Source: the human T2T-CHM13v2.0 reference genome, Homo sapiens
Reading direction: 5' to 3'
NCBI GenBank assembly: GCA_009914755.4
Contig: CP068257.2
Coordinates: 6,304,001 to 6,368,000 of the forward strand
Length of the DNA stretch: 64,000 nt
In this document: positions 1 to 13,900 of the stretch, in pieces
Layout: every line of letters begins with the position of its first letter
How positions within the stretch are numbered: position 1 is the first letter of the stretch
Program-made: the position numbers and the translations under genes
The notes under the pieces: generated by a model
Told to the model about the DNA's origin: nothing
What the model saw: only the letters and a program-made list of their open reading frames with translations
Databases searched by the model: none

Positions 1-330
1 GGAAGGGTGGAAGACAGACATGGTGCCTGCGGCCGGGGGTTGTTGGGGTGGGGGTGGAGGGTGTGGTGATGGTGGTGGTGGGGCCGGAGAGACGAAGAGG
101 AAGGGGGCGAGGGGGAAGGGGTGAGGGGTGTGCATTTGAGGGGCTGGCTCTCCGGACCTCTCCAGGAATCCCACGGGAACTGGAAGCCGCTCTCTGGGCT
201 CCCATGCACCTTCAGCAGGGAGAAACCCGCCTGGGAGGGTGGAGTGGAGAGTGGAACTGAACCTCCGTGGGAGTCTTGAGTGTTCCAGGCCCTCTCTCCG
301 TGTAGGAGGCAGTGCCTGTGGGCCTACAGA
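1..330. repeat. D4Z4-like GC-rich segment, copy A (paralogous to 1395-1700 and 23440-23625; purine-rich GGAGG/GGGTG runs)
   Basis: Direct comparison: 60-300 aligns base-for-base (about 85-90%) with 1430-1700 and 23470-23625 in the same orientation. In the full unit this segment lies 5' of the DUX4-like start on the gene strand. Confidence 0.6.
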
Positions 331-520
331 GGGCGTTGTGACATCACTCTGCACGGATCACCCGGGTTATGTAACTCTTGTCTAGGCTCTGCCTACGGGG
401 GCATTGTGACTTATCTCTGCACTGATCACCCAGAAGATGTGACTCTTGTCTAAGCTCTGCCTAGAGGGACACCCAGGTGATGGGACTCTTGTCTAGGCTC
501 TGTGTATGGGGGCTTTGTGA
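331..520 (+). repeat. beta-satellite / LSau-type 68-bp monomers (about 3 copies), plus orientation
   Basis: Monomers of the form ctgcacNgatcacccNggtNatgtaactcttgtctaggctctgcctacNggggcattgtgacNtatct with period about 68 bp. They match the array consensus at 1950-21262. Confidence 0.6.
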
Positions 521-700
521 CATGTCCCAATGTCCCCGCGATGGCACTCTCGAAACCTTCGGAGGGCACCCTCCCCAGCCCCATCCCCCACCCCCGGAAA
601 ATGTGTCCTCCCCTGGGCTGAGTGGCTAGACCTGCAGTCATTGCACACACCGGCTGACGTGCAAGGGAGCCCCCTGGCCTCTCTGTGCCCTTGTGCATCC
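521..700. other. Inverted copy of a D4Z4-like 3'-flank segment (reverse complement matches 21300-21400 and 21540-21620)
   Basis: The reverse complement of 540-700 (ggatgcacaagggcacagagaggccaggg...ctcagcccaggggaggacacattttccgg) aligns to 21300-21620 on the plus strand. The 21.3-kb copy carries about 160 bp more between the two matching halves. Confidence 0.5.
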
Positions 701-844
701 GTGCTCAGTACAGAAATATGTCACAAAGCCCCTGTAGGCAGAGCCTAAATAAGAGTTACATCTCCTGGGTGGTCAGTGCAGAGATATGTCATAAATCCCT
801 GTGTAGGCAAAGCCTAGAGAATTTTACATCACCTCAGCGATCAG

Positions 845-845
<1 letters not shown>
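701..845 (-). repeat. beta-satellite monomers (about 2) in inverted orientation relative to the main arrays
   Basis: The reverse complement reads gatctctgcactgatcgctgaggtgatgtaaaattctctaggctttgcctacacagggatttatgacatatctctgcactgaccacccaggagatgtaact, which is canonical monomer structure. Confidence 0.55.
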
Positions 846-1331
<486 letters not shown>

Positions 1332-1394
1332 TCATGAATGGCGGTGAGCCCTGGGACAGCCCGCCCCACCCCGGAAGGGTCCGAGGGCGTCGAG

Positions 1395-1700
1395 GCCTGC
1401 GGCCGGGGGCTGGTGGTGTGGGGGGGAGGGCGTGGTGATGTTGATGGTGGGGCCAGAGAGACGAAGAGGAAGGGGGCGAGGGGGAAGGCGTGAGGGGGGC
1501 GCGTTTCAGGGATTGGCTCTCCGGGCCTCTCCAGGAATCCCGCGGAAACTGGAAGCCTCTCTCTGGGCTCCCACGAATCTTCAGCAGGGAGAAACCGGCC
1601 TGGGAGGGTGGAGGGGAGTGTGGAACTGAACTTCCGTGGTAGTCTTGAGTGTTCCAGGCCCTCTCTCCGTGAAGGAGCCAGTGCCTGTGGGTGTCGCCAT
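1395..1700. repeat. D4Z4-like GC-rich segment, copy B (paralog of 1-330 and 23440-23625)
   Basis: Aligned directly to copy A: ggccgggggctggtggtgtggggg...ggaactgaacttccgtggtagtcttgagtgttccaggccctctctccgtg. Confidence 0.6.
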
Positions 1701-1949
1701 TGCCGGGACAGTCTCACACACGCAGGCGTGTGGCTCTCGTTCATTTCCACGTAGGAGACAAGAGCGAGAGAAGATGCCTCCACAGCGTGAAGGCTTGACG
1801 ATGGATTCCCGTGTGCGGCAACATGGGGAGTCTGCAGGTTGGCCGGTTTGGAAACTGGCAAGGAGTGCAAAGGCACCATGGCGGCCTTCTACCCTTCCCT
1901 GCATGTTTCTGGGTGCCCGCAGACCTCCAGGAGCAAACAGTCAGCATGA

Positions 1950-4900
1950 CACATCTCTGAATTGATCAACAAAGTGATGTAACTCTTGTCAAGGCTCTTC
2001 CTACACGGGAATTCTCAGATATCTCTGCACTGAACACCCAGATGACGGACCCTTGTCTTGGATCTGCCTATGGGGGCATTGTGACATATCTCTGCACTGA
2101 ACACCCAGGTGATGTAACTGTTGTATAAGTTCTGCCTACAGGGGAATTGTGAGAGATCTCGCCACTGATCACCCAAGTCATGTAACTATAGTCTAGGCTT
2201 TGCCTAAAGGGGGCTTTTTGACATACATTTGCACTGATCAACCAGGTGATGTAACTCATCTAAGCTCTGCCTACAGGAGCTTTGTGACATATCTCTGCAC
2301 TGATGACTTAGGTGATGTAACACTTTTATAAGCACTGCCTATAGGGAATTTTGACAAATCTCTGCACTGATCACCTAGGTGATGTAACTCTTGTCTACCC
2401 TCAGCCCAAAGGGGGCATTGCGATATATCTCTGCATTGATCACCCAGGTGTTTCAACTCTTGTCTTGGATCTGCCTACAGGGGTTATTGTGAAATATCTC
2501 CGCACTGATCAACTAGGTGATGTAAGTCTTGTCTAGTCTCTGCCTACAGGGTCGTTTTCACATGTCCCTAAACTGATGACAAAGGTGATGTAGCCCTACT
2601 CTAGGCTCTGCCAACAGGGACGTTTTCACATATCCCTGAACTGATGACAAAGGTGGTGTAACTCTTGCCTAGGCTTTGCCTACAGGGGACATTGTGACAT
2701 ATCTCTGCACTGATCTCCCAGGTGCTGTAACTTTAATATAGGCTCTGGCTACACGGCATTGTGACATATCACCGCACTGATCACCCGGTGATATAACTCT
2801 TGTCTAGGCTCTGCCTACAGGGGGCTTGTGACATATCTCTGCAGTGATCACCCAGGTGATATAACTCTTCTCTAGGATCTGCCTACAGGGTTCTTTGTGA
2901 CATATCCCTGCAATGATCACCCAGGTGATATACCACTTGTCAAGGCTCTGCCTACAGGGGCATTGCATTGTATCATGACACTGATCACCTATGTGATGTA
3001 ACCCTTGTCTAGGCTCTGCCTACAGTGGCATTGTGACATATCTCTGCACTGATCACCCAGGTGATATAACTCTTCTCTAGGATCTTCCTACAGGGTGCTT
3101 TGTGACATATCCCTGCAATGATCACCCAGGTGATGTACCACTTCTCGAGGCTCTGCCTACAGGGACATTGTGATGTATCTCTGCACTGATCACCTAGGTC
3201 ATGTAATTCTTGTCTAGGCTCTGCCTACAGTGGCATTGTGACATATCTCTGCCCTGATCATCCAAGTGATGTAACCCTTGTCTAGGATCTGCCTAAAGGA
3301 ATTATGTGACATAAGTCTGCACTGATCATCCAGGTGATGGGGCTTTTGTCTAGGCTCTGCCTAAGTGGGCATTGTGACATTTTTCTGCACTGATCACTTA
3401 GATGACGGACTCTTGTCTTGGATCTGCCTATGGGGGCATTGGGACATATCTCTGCAATGATCACCCGGGTGATGTAACTGTTGTATAAGCTCTGCCTACA
3501 GGGGAAATGTGAGAGATCTCACCCCTGATCACCCAAGTGATGTAACTATTGTCTAGGCTTTGCCCACAGGGGGCTTTGTGACATACATTTGCACTGATCA
3601 CCCAGGTGATGTAACTCATCTAAGTTCTGCCTACAGGAGCTTTATGACATATCTCTGCACTGATCACTTAGGTGATGTAACACTTTTATAAGCACTGTCT
3701 ACAGGGAATTTTGACAAATCTCTGCACTGATCTCCTAGGTGATGTAACTCTGGTCTAGGGTCTGCCTACAGGGGGAATTTTGAAATATCTCTGCACTGAT
3801 CAACTAGGTGGTGTACCTCTTGTCAAGGCTCTGCCTACAGAGGCGTTTTCACATATCTCTTCACTGATGACAAATGTGATGTAACATTTGCCTAGGCTTT
3901 GCCTACAGGGGACATTGTGACATATATCTGCACTGATCACCCAGGTGATGCAACTCTTGCCTAGGCTTTGCCTACATGGGACATTGTGACATATCTCTGC
4001 ACTGATCACCCAGGTGATGGAACTCTTCTCTATGGTCTGCCTACAGGGGTCATTGTGACATATCTCTGCACTGATCACCCAGGTGATGCAACTCTTCTCT
4101 ATGCTCTGCCTACAGGGGGCATTGTGACATATCTCTGCACTAATCACCAAGGTGATGTAACTCTTTTCTAGTCTCTGCCTACAGAGGGCGTTCTGACATC
4201 ACTCCGCACAGATAACCCGGGTTATGTAACTCTCGTCTAGGCTCTGCCTAGGGGGAAATTGTGACTTATTTCTGCACTGATCACCCAGGAGATATGAGTC
4301 TTGTCTAAGATATGCCTAGAGGGACATTGGGACATATCTCTGCACTGATCGCTGAGGTGATGTAAAACTTGTCTAGGCTTTGCCTACAGTGGAATTTATT
4401 ACATATCTCTGCACTGATCACCCAGGTGATGTAAGTCTTTCCTAGGCTCTGCTTTCAGGGGGTATTGTGAGATATCTCTGCACTGATCACCCAGGTGATG
4501 TAACTCTTGTCTAGGCTCTGCTTACAGGGGCATTTTAACATATCACTTCACTGACTACCGAGATGATGTAACTCTTGTATAGGCTTCGCCGACAGGGGGT
4601 ATTGAGATATACCTCTGCACTGATCACCGAGGTGATGCAACTCTTGTCTGGGATCTGCTTACAGGGGGCATTGTGACATATCTCTGCCCTGATCACCCAG
4701 GTGATGTAACTCTTGTCTAGGCTCTGCCTACTGGAGATATTGTGACATATTTCCGCACTGATCACCGAGGTGATGTTAGTTTTCTCAAGGATATGGCTAC
4801 AGGGACATTGTGATATGTCACTGCACTGATCACACAGCTGATGTAACACTTGTCTAGGTTCTGGATACAGGGGTCTTGTGACACATCTCTGCACTGATCA

Positions 4901-7900
4901 CCCAGGTGATGTAACCCTTGTCTAGGCTCTGCCAAAACGGGTTATTGTGACATAACTCTGCACTGATCACCCAGGTGATGGGACTCTTCTCTAGGCTCTG
5001 CCTACAGGGGCATTGTGACATATCTCTGCAGTGATCACGCAGGTGATGTAACTCTTGTCTATATCTGCCTACTGGCGGCATTGAGACATATTTCTGCACT
5101 GATCACCCAGGTGATGGACTTTTGTCTTGGATCTGCATACGGGGGCACAGTGACATGTCTCTGCACTGATCACTCATGTGATGTAACGCTTGTCTAAGCT
5201 GCGCCTGAAGGGGAATTGTGACAGATATCTCCACTGATCACCCAGGTGATGTAACAATTTCCTGGGATTTGTCTACAGGGGGCTTTGTGACATATCTTTG
5301 CACTGATCACCCAGGAGATATAACAACCCTTGTCTAGGCTCGGCCTACAGGGGCTTTGTGACATATTTCTGCACTGATCACCCAGGTGATGTAACTCTTC
5401 TCTAGGCTCCACCTACAGGGGGTATTGTAACGTATCTCTGCACTGATCACCTAGGTGATGTAAAATTTATCTAGGCTCTGCCTACAGGTGCGTTTTGACA
5501 TAGCTCTGCACAGATCACCTATGTTATGTAACTCTTGTCCACTCTCTGCCTACAGGGGGCATTGTGGAATATCTCTGCACTGATCACCCAGGTGATGGGA
5601 CTCTTCTCTATACTCTGCCTAGAGGGGGATTTGTGACATATCTCTGCACTGATCACCAAGGTGATGGAAGTCTTGTCTAGGCTCTGTCTATGGACGCATT
5701 GTGTCAAATGTCTGCACTGATCACCCAGGTGATGTACTTCTTTTCCAGGCTCTGTCTACAGGGATTTTTTTGACATATCACTGCACTGATCACCTAGGTG
5801 ATGTAAGCCTTGTATGGCCTTTGCCTACAGAAGGCTTTGTGAAATATCTGTGCACTGATCTCTGAGGTGATACAACTCTTGTCTAGCCACTGCCTACAGG
5901 GGACATTGGTACATATCTCTGCACTGATCAACCAGGTGATGGACTCTTGTCTTAGATCTGCCTACATGTACGTTGTGACAAATCTCTGAACTGATCAACC
6001 AAGTGATGAAACTCTTGTCTAGGCTCTGCCTACAGGGGATTTGTGACACATTTTTGCACTGATCACCCTGGGGAGGGAACTCTTTTCTACGCTCTGCCTA
6101 CAGGAGGCTTTATGACCTATAGCTGCACTGATAACCTAGGTGATGTAACAGTTGTCTAGGCTCTGTCTACCCGGGAATTCTCACATATCTCTGCACTTAT
6201 CACCCAGGTGACGGACTCTTGAGTTGGAACTGCCTATGGGGGCATTGTGACATATCTCTGCACTGATCACCCAGGTGATGTAACTGTTGTATAAGCTCTG
6301 CCTACATGGGAATTGTGAGAGATCTCACCACTGATCACCCAACTGATGTAACTATTGTCTAGGCTTTGCCTACATGGGGCTTTGTGACATAACTTTGCAT
6401 TGATCTCCCAGGTGATGTAACTCATCTAAGTTCTGCCTACAAGAGCTTTGTGACATATCTCTGCACTGATCACTTAGGTGATGTAAAAATTTTATAAGCA
6501 CCTCCTACAGTGAATTTTGACAAATCTCTCCACGGATCACCTAGGTGATGTAACTCTTGTCTACCCTCTGCCCAAAGGAGGCATTGTTGAATATCTCTGC
6601 ACTGATCACGCAGGTGATTCAACTGTTGTCTAGGATCTGCCTACAGGGAGTATTGTGAAATATCTCTGCACTGATCAACTAGGTGATGTAACCCTTGTCC
6701 AGGCTCTGCCTACAGGTGTGTTCACATATCCCTGAACTGATGACAAAGGTGATGTAACTCTTGCCTAGGCTTTGCCTACAGGGGACATTGTGACATATCT
6801 CTGCAATGATCACCCAGGTGATGCAACTCTTCTCTATGCTCTGCCTACAGGGGACATTGTGACATATCTCTGCACTGATCACCCAGGTGATGCAACTCTT
6901 CTCTATGCTCTGCCTACCGGGTGCATTGTGACATATCTCTGCACTGATCACCCACGTGATGTAACTTTTTTCTAGTCTCTGCCTACAGAGGGCGTTGTGA
7001 CATCACTCTGCACGTGTCACCTGGGTTATGTAACTCTCGTGTAGGCTCTGCCTACGGGGGCATTGTGACTTATCTCTGTACTGATCACCCAGGAGATGTG
7101 ACACTTGTCTAAGCTCTGCCTAGAGGGACATTCAGACATATCTCTGCACTGATCGCTGAGGTGATGTAAAACTTCTCTAGGCTATGCCTACAGTGGGATT
7201 TATGACATATCTCAGCACTGATCACACAGGTGATGTAACTGTGGTCTAGGCACTGCTTACAGTGGGTATTGTGAGATATCTCTTCACTGATCACCCAGGT
7301 GATGTAACTCTTGTCTAGGCTCTGCCTACAGGGGCATTTTAACACATCACTGCACTGATCACCGAGATGATGTAACTCTTGTATAGGCATTGCCGACAGG
7401 GGGCATTGAGACATATCTCTGCACTCATCACCGAGGTGAAGCAACTCTTGTCTGGGATGTGCTTACAGGGGGCATTGTGACATATCTCTGCCCTGATCAC
7501 CCAGGTGATGTAACTCTTGTCTAGGCTATGCCTACTGGAGACATTGTGACATATCTCCGCATTGATCACTCAGGTGATGTCACTTTTCTCAAGGATATGG
7601 CTACAGGGACATTGTGACATGTCACTGCACTGATCACACAGATGATGTAACTCTTGTCTAGGCTCTGGCTACAGGGGTCGTGTGACACATCTCTGCACTG
7701 ATCACCCAGGTGATGGGACTCTTGTCTAGGCTCTGCCTACAGGGGCATTGTGACATATCTCTGCAGTGATCACGCAGGTGATGTAACTCTTGTCTATGTC
7801 TGCCTCCTGGCGGCATTGTGGCATATTTCTGCACTGATCACCCATGTGATGGACTCTTGTCTTGGATCTGCCTATGGGGGCAAAGTGACATATCTCTGCA

Positions 7901-10900
7901 CTGATCACTTATGTGACGTAACGCTTGTCTAAGCTGCACATGAAGGGGAATTGTGACAGATATCTCCACTGATCACCCAGGGGATGTAACAATTTTCTGG
8001 GATTTGTCTACAGAGGGCTTTGTGACATATCTTTGCACTGATCACGCAGGAGATGTAACAACTCTTGTCTAGGCTCGGCGTACAGGGGTTTTGTGACATA
8101 TTTCTGCACTGATCACCCAGGTGATGTAACTCTTGTTTAGACTCTGCCTACAGGGGCTTTGTGACATATCTCTGCACTGATCACCCAGTTGATGTAACTA
8201 TTGTCTAGGCTCCATCTACAGGGGGTATTGTTACATATCTCTGTACTGATCACCCAGGTGACGTAACATTTATCTAGGCTCTGCCTACACGGGCGTTTTG
8301 ACATAGCTCAGCAGAGATCACCTAGGTTATGTAACTCTTGTCCACTCTCTGCCTACAGGGGACATTGTGAAATATCTCTGCACTGATCACCCAGGTGATG
8401 CGACTCTTCTCTATACTCTGCCTAGAGGGGGATTTGTGACATATCTCTGCCCTGATCACCAAGGTGATGGAAGTCTTGTCTAGGCTCAGTCTATGGGGGC
8501 ATTGTGTCAAATATCTGCACTGATCACCCACGTGATGTATCTCTTTTCTAGGCTCTGTCTACAGGGATTTTTTTCTGACATATCACTGCATTGATCACCT
8601 AGGTGATGTAAGCCTTGTATGGGCTTTGCCTACAGAAGGCTTTGTGAAATATCTGCACTGATCTCTGAGGTGATGCAACTCTTGTCTAGGCACTGCCTAC
8701 AGGAGACATTGGTACATATCTCTGCACTGATCACCCAGGTGATGGACTTTTGTCTTAGATCTGCCTACATGGACATTGTGACACACCTCTGAACTGATCA
8801 ACCAAGTGATGAAACTCTTGTCTAGGCTCTGCCTACAGGGGATTTGTGACACATCTCTGCACTGATCACCCTGGGGAGGGAACTGTTGTCTACGCTCTGA
8901 CTACAGAAGGTTTTATGACTTATACCTGCACTGATAACGTAGGTGATGTAACACTTGTCTAGGCTCTGCCTACACGGGAATTTTCACATATCTCTGCACT
9001 GATCACCCAGGTGACGGACTCTTGTCTTGGATCGGCCTAAGGGGGCATTGTGACATATCTCTGCACTGATCACCCAGGTGATGTAACTGTTGTATAAGCT
9101 CTGCCTACAGGGGAATTGTGAGAGATCTCGCCACTGATCACCCAACTGATGTAACTATTGTCTAGGCTTTGCCTACATAGGGCCTTGTGACATACCTTTG
9201 CACTGATCTCCCAGGTGATATAACTCATCTAATTTATGCCTACAGGAGCTTTGTGACATATCTCTGCACTGATAACTTAGGTGATGTAACACTTTTATAA
9301 GCACTGCCTACAGGGAATTTTGACAAATCTCTGCACGGATCACCTAGGTGATGTAAATCTTGTCTACCCTCTGCCCAAAGAGGGCATTGTGAAATATCTC
9401 TGCACTGATCACCCAGGTGATTCAACTCTTCTGTAGGATCTGCCTACAGGGGATATTGTGAAACGTCTCTGCACTGATCGACTAGGAGATGTAACTCTTG
9501 TCTAAGCTCTGCCTAAAGGGGCGCTTTCACATATCCCTGAACTGATGACAAAGGTGGTGTAACTCTTGCCTAGGCTTTGCCTACAGGAGACATTGTGACA
9601 TATATCTGCACTGATCACCCAGGTGATGCAACTCTTCTCTATGCTCTGCCTTCAGGGGGCATTGTGACATAACTCTGCACTGATCACCCAGGTGATGGGA
9701 CACTTGTCTAGGCTCTGCCTACAGGGGCATTGTGACATCTCTCTGCAGTGTTAACGCAGGTGATGTAACTCTTTTCTATATCTGCCTACTGGCGTCACTG
9801 TGGCATATATCTGCAATGATCACCCAGGTGATGGACTCTTGTCTTGGATCTGAATATGGGGGCATAGTGACATATCTCTGCACTGATCACTCATGTGATG
9901 TAACGCTTGTCTAATCTGCGCCTGAAGGGGAATTGTGACAGATATCTCCACTGATCACCCAGGTGATGTAACAATTTTCTGAGATTTGTCTACCGGGGGC
10001 TTTGTGACATATCTTTGCACTGATCACCCAGGAGATGTAACAACTCTTGTGTAGGCTCGGCCTACAGGGGCTTTGTGATATATTTCTGCACAGATTACCC
10101 AGGTGATGTAAGTCTTGTTTAGGCTCTGCCTACAGGGGCTTTGTGACATATCTCTGTGCTGATCACGCAGTTGATGTAACTCTTGTCCAGGATCCACCTA
10201 CAGGGGTATTATGAAGTATCTCTGCACTGATCACCCAGGTGATGTAACATTTATCTAGGCTCTGCCTACACGAGCGTTTTGACATACCTCTGGACAGATC
10301 ACCTCAGCTATGTAACTCTTGTCCACTCTCTGTCTACAGGGGGCATTGTGAAATATCTCTGCACTGATCACCCAGGTGATGCGACTCTTCTCTATACTCT
10401 GCCTAGAGGGGGATTTGTGACATATCTCTGCACTGATCACCAAGGTGATTGAAGTCTTGTCTAGGCTCTGTCTATGGCTGCATTTTGTCAAATGACTGCA
10501 CTGATCACCAAGGTGATGTACCTCTTTTCTAGTCTCTGTCTACAGGGATTTGTGTGACATATCATTGCACTGATCACCTAGGTGATGTAAGTCTTGTATG
10601 GGCTTTGCCTACAGAAGGCTTTGTGAAATATCTCTGCACTGATCTCTGAGGTGATGCAACTCTTGTCTAGGCACTGCCTACAGGGGACTTTGGTAGATAA
10701 CTCTGCACTGATCACCCAGGTGATGGACTCTTGTCTTAGATCTGCCTACATGGACATTGTGACACATCTCTGAACTGATCAACCAAGTGATGAAACTCTT
10801 GTCTACGCTCTGCCTACAGGAGGCTTTATGACTTATACCTGCATTGATAACCTAGGTGATGTAACACTTGTCTAGGCTCTGCCTACATGGGAATTCTCAC

Positions 10901-13900
10901 ATATTTCTGCACTGATCACCCAGTTGACGGAATCTTGTCTTGGATCTGCCTATGGGGGCATTGTGACATATCTCTGCATTGATCCCCCAGGTGAAGTAAC
11001 TGTTGTATAAGCTCTGCCTACAGGGGATTTGTGAGAGACCTCGCAACTGATCACCCAAGTGATGTAACGATTTTCTAGGCTTTGCCTACAGGGGGCTTTG
11101 TGGCATACTTTTGCACTGATCTCCCAGGTGATGTAACTCATCTAAGTTATGCCTACAGGAGCTTTGTGACATATCTCTGCACTGATAACTTAGGTGATGT
11201 AACACTTTTATCAGCACTGCCTACAGGGAATTTTGACAAATCTCTGCACGGATCACATAGGGGATGTAAATCTTGTCTACCTTCTGCCCAAAGGGGGCAT
11301 TGTGAAATATCTCTGCACTGATCACCCAGGTGATTCAACTCTTGTCTAGGATCTGCCTACAGGGGGTATTGTGAAATATCTCTGCACTGATCAACTAGGT
11401 GATGTAACTATTTTCTATGCTCTGCCTACAGGGGCGTTTTCACATATCCCTGAACTGATGACAAAGGTGATGTAACTCTTGCCTAGGCTTTGCCTATAGA
11501 GGACCCTGTGACATATCTCTTCAATGCTTGCCCAGGTGATGCAACTGTTCTCTATGCTCTGCCTACAGGGGACATTTTGACATATTCCTGCACTGATCAC
11601 CCAGGTGATGCAACTCTTCTCTATGCTCAGCCTACAGGGGGCATTGTGACATATCTCTGCACTGTTCACCCAGGTGATGTAACTCTTTTCCACTCTCTGC
11701 CTACAGAGGGCTTTGTGACATCACTCTGCACGGATCACCGGGGTTATGTAACTCTCGTCTAGGCTCTGCCTACTGGGGCATTGTGACTTATCTCTGCACT
11801 GATCACCCAGGAGATGTGACTCTTTTCTAAGCTCTGCCTAGAGGGACATTGGGACATATCTCTGCACTGATCGCTGAGGTGATGTAAAACTTGTCTAGGC
11901 TTTGTCTACAGTGAGATTGATGACATATCTCTGCACTGATCACCTAGGTGATGTAACTGTTGTCTAGGCTCTGCTTACAGTGGGTATTGTGAGATATCTG
12001 TGCACTGATCACCCAGGTGATGTAACTCTTGTCTAGGCTCTGCCTACAGGGGCATTTCAACATATCACTGCACTGATCACCGAGAGGATGTAACTCTTGT
12101 ATAGGCTTCGCCGACAGGGGGCATTGAGACATATCTCTGCACTGATCACCGAGGTGATGCAACTTTTTTCTGGGATCTGCTTACAGGGGGCATTGTGACA
12201 TATCTCTCTCCTGATCACCCAGGTGATGTAACTCTTGTCTAAGCTCGGCCTACTGGAGACATTGTGACATATCTCCGCACTGATCATCCAGGTGATGTCA
12301 CTTTTCTCAAGGATATGGCTACAGGGACATTGTGACATGTCACTGCACTGATCACACAGCTGCATTAACTATTTTCTAGGCTCTGGCTACCAGGGTCTTT
12401 TGACACATCTCTGCACTGATTACCCAGGTGATGTAACCCTTTTCTAGGCTCCGTCAAGAGGGGGCATTGTGACATAACTCTGCACTGATCACCCAGGTGA
12501 TGGGACTCTTGTCTAGTCTATGCCTACAGGGGCATTGTGACATATCTCTGCAGTGATCACGCAGGTGATATACCTCTTGTCTATATCTGCCTACTGGCAG
12601 CACTGTGGCATATTTCTGCACTGATCACCCAGGTGATGGACTCTTCCTTGGATCTGCCTATGGGGGCATAGGGACATATCTCTTCACTGATCACTCCTGT
12701 GATGTAACGCTTGTCTAAGCTGCGCCTCAACGGGAATTGTGACAGATATCTCCACTGATCACCAAGGTGATGTAACGATTTTCTGGGATTTATCTACAGG
12801 TGGCTTTGAGACATATCTTTGCACTGATCACCCAGGAGATGTAACAACTCTTGTGTAGGCTCGGCCTACAGGGGCTTTGTGACACATTTTTTGTCACTTT
12901 TTTTTGACATATCACTGCACTGATCACCTAGGTGATGTAAGCCTTGTATGGGCTTTGCCTACAGAAGACTTTGTGAAATACCTGTGCACTGATCTCTGAG
13001 GTGATGCAACTCTTGTCTAGGCACTGCCTACAGGAGACATTGGTACATATCTCTGCACTGATCAACCAGGCGATGGACTCTTGTCTTAGATCTGCCTACA
13101 TGGACATTGTGACACATCTCTGAACTGATCAACCAAGTGATGAAACTCTTGTCTAGGCTCTGCCTACAGGGGCTTTGTGACACATCTCTGCACTGATCAC
13201 CCTGGGGAGGGAACTCTTGTCTATACTCTGCCCACAGGAGGCTTTATGACTTATACCTGCACTGAAAACCTAGGTGATGTAACACTTGTCTAGGCTCTGC
13301 CTACATGGGAATTCTCACATATCCCTGCACTAATCACTCAGGTGACGGATTCTTGTCTTGGATCTGCCTATGGGGGCATTGTGACATATCTCTGCAATGA
13401 TCACCCAGGTGATGTAACTGTTGTATAAGCTCTGCCTACAGGGGAATTGTGAGAGATCTCGCCACTGGTCACCCAAGTGATGTAACTATTGTCTAGGCTT
13501 TGCCAACATGGGGCTTTGTGACATACCTTTGCACTGATCACCCAGGTGATGAAACTCTTCTAAGTTCTGCCTACAGGAGCTTTGTGACATATCTCTGCAT
13601 TGATCACTTGGGTGATGTAACACTTTTATAAGCACTGCCTACAGGGAATTTTGACAAATCTCTTCACTGATCACCCAGGTGATGTAACTCTTTCTTAGGA
13701 TCTCCCTACAGGGTGTTTTGTGACATATCCCTGCAATGATTACCCAGGTGATCTACCACTTGTCAAGGCTCTGACTACAGGGACATTTGGAGGTAACTCT
13801 GCACTGATCACCTAGGTCATGAAACTCTTTTCTAGGCTCACCCTACAGTGGCATTGTGACATATCTCTGCACTGATCATCCAAGTGATGTAACCCTTGTC

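Noticed and set aside
48-260. Short ORF conserved in three copies (48..260, 1432..1629, within 23217..23639): M.V..VGPE.RRGRGR.GR.EGGA..GLALR.SPGIPR.LEA.LWAP
   Set aside because: The conservation simply reflects 85-90% nucleotide identity of the duplicated GC-rich segment. The track initiates these at GTG (position 48 is gtg). The composition is Gly/Arg low-complexity.
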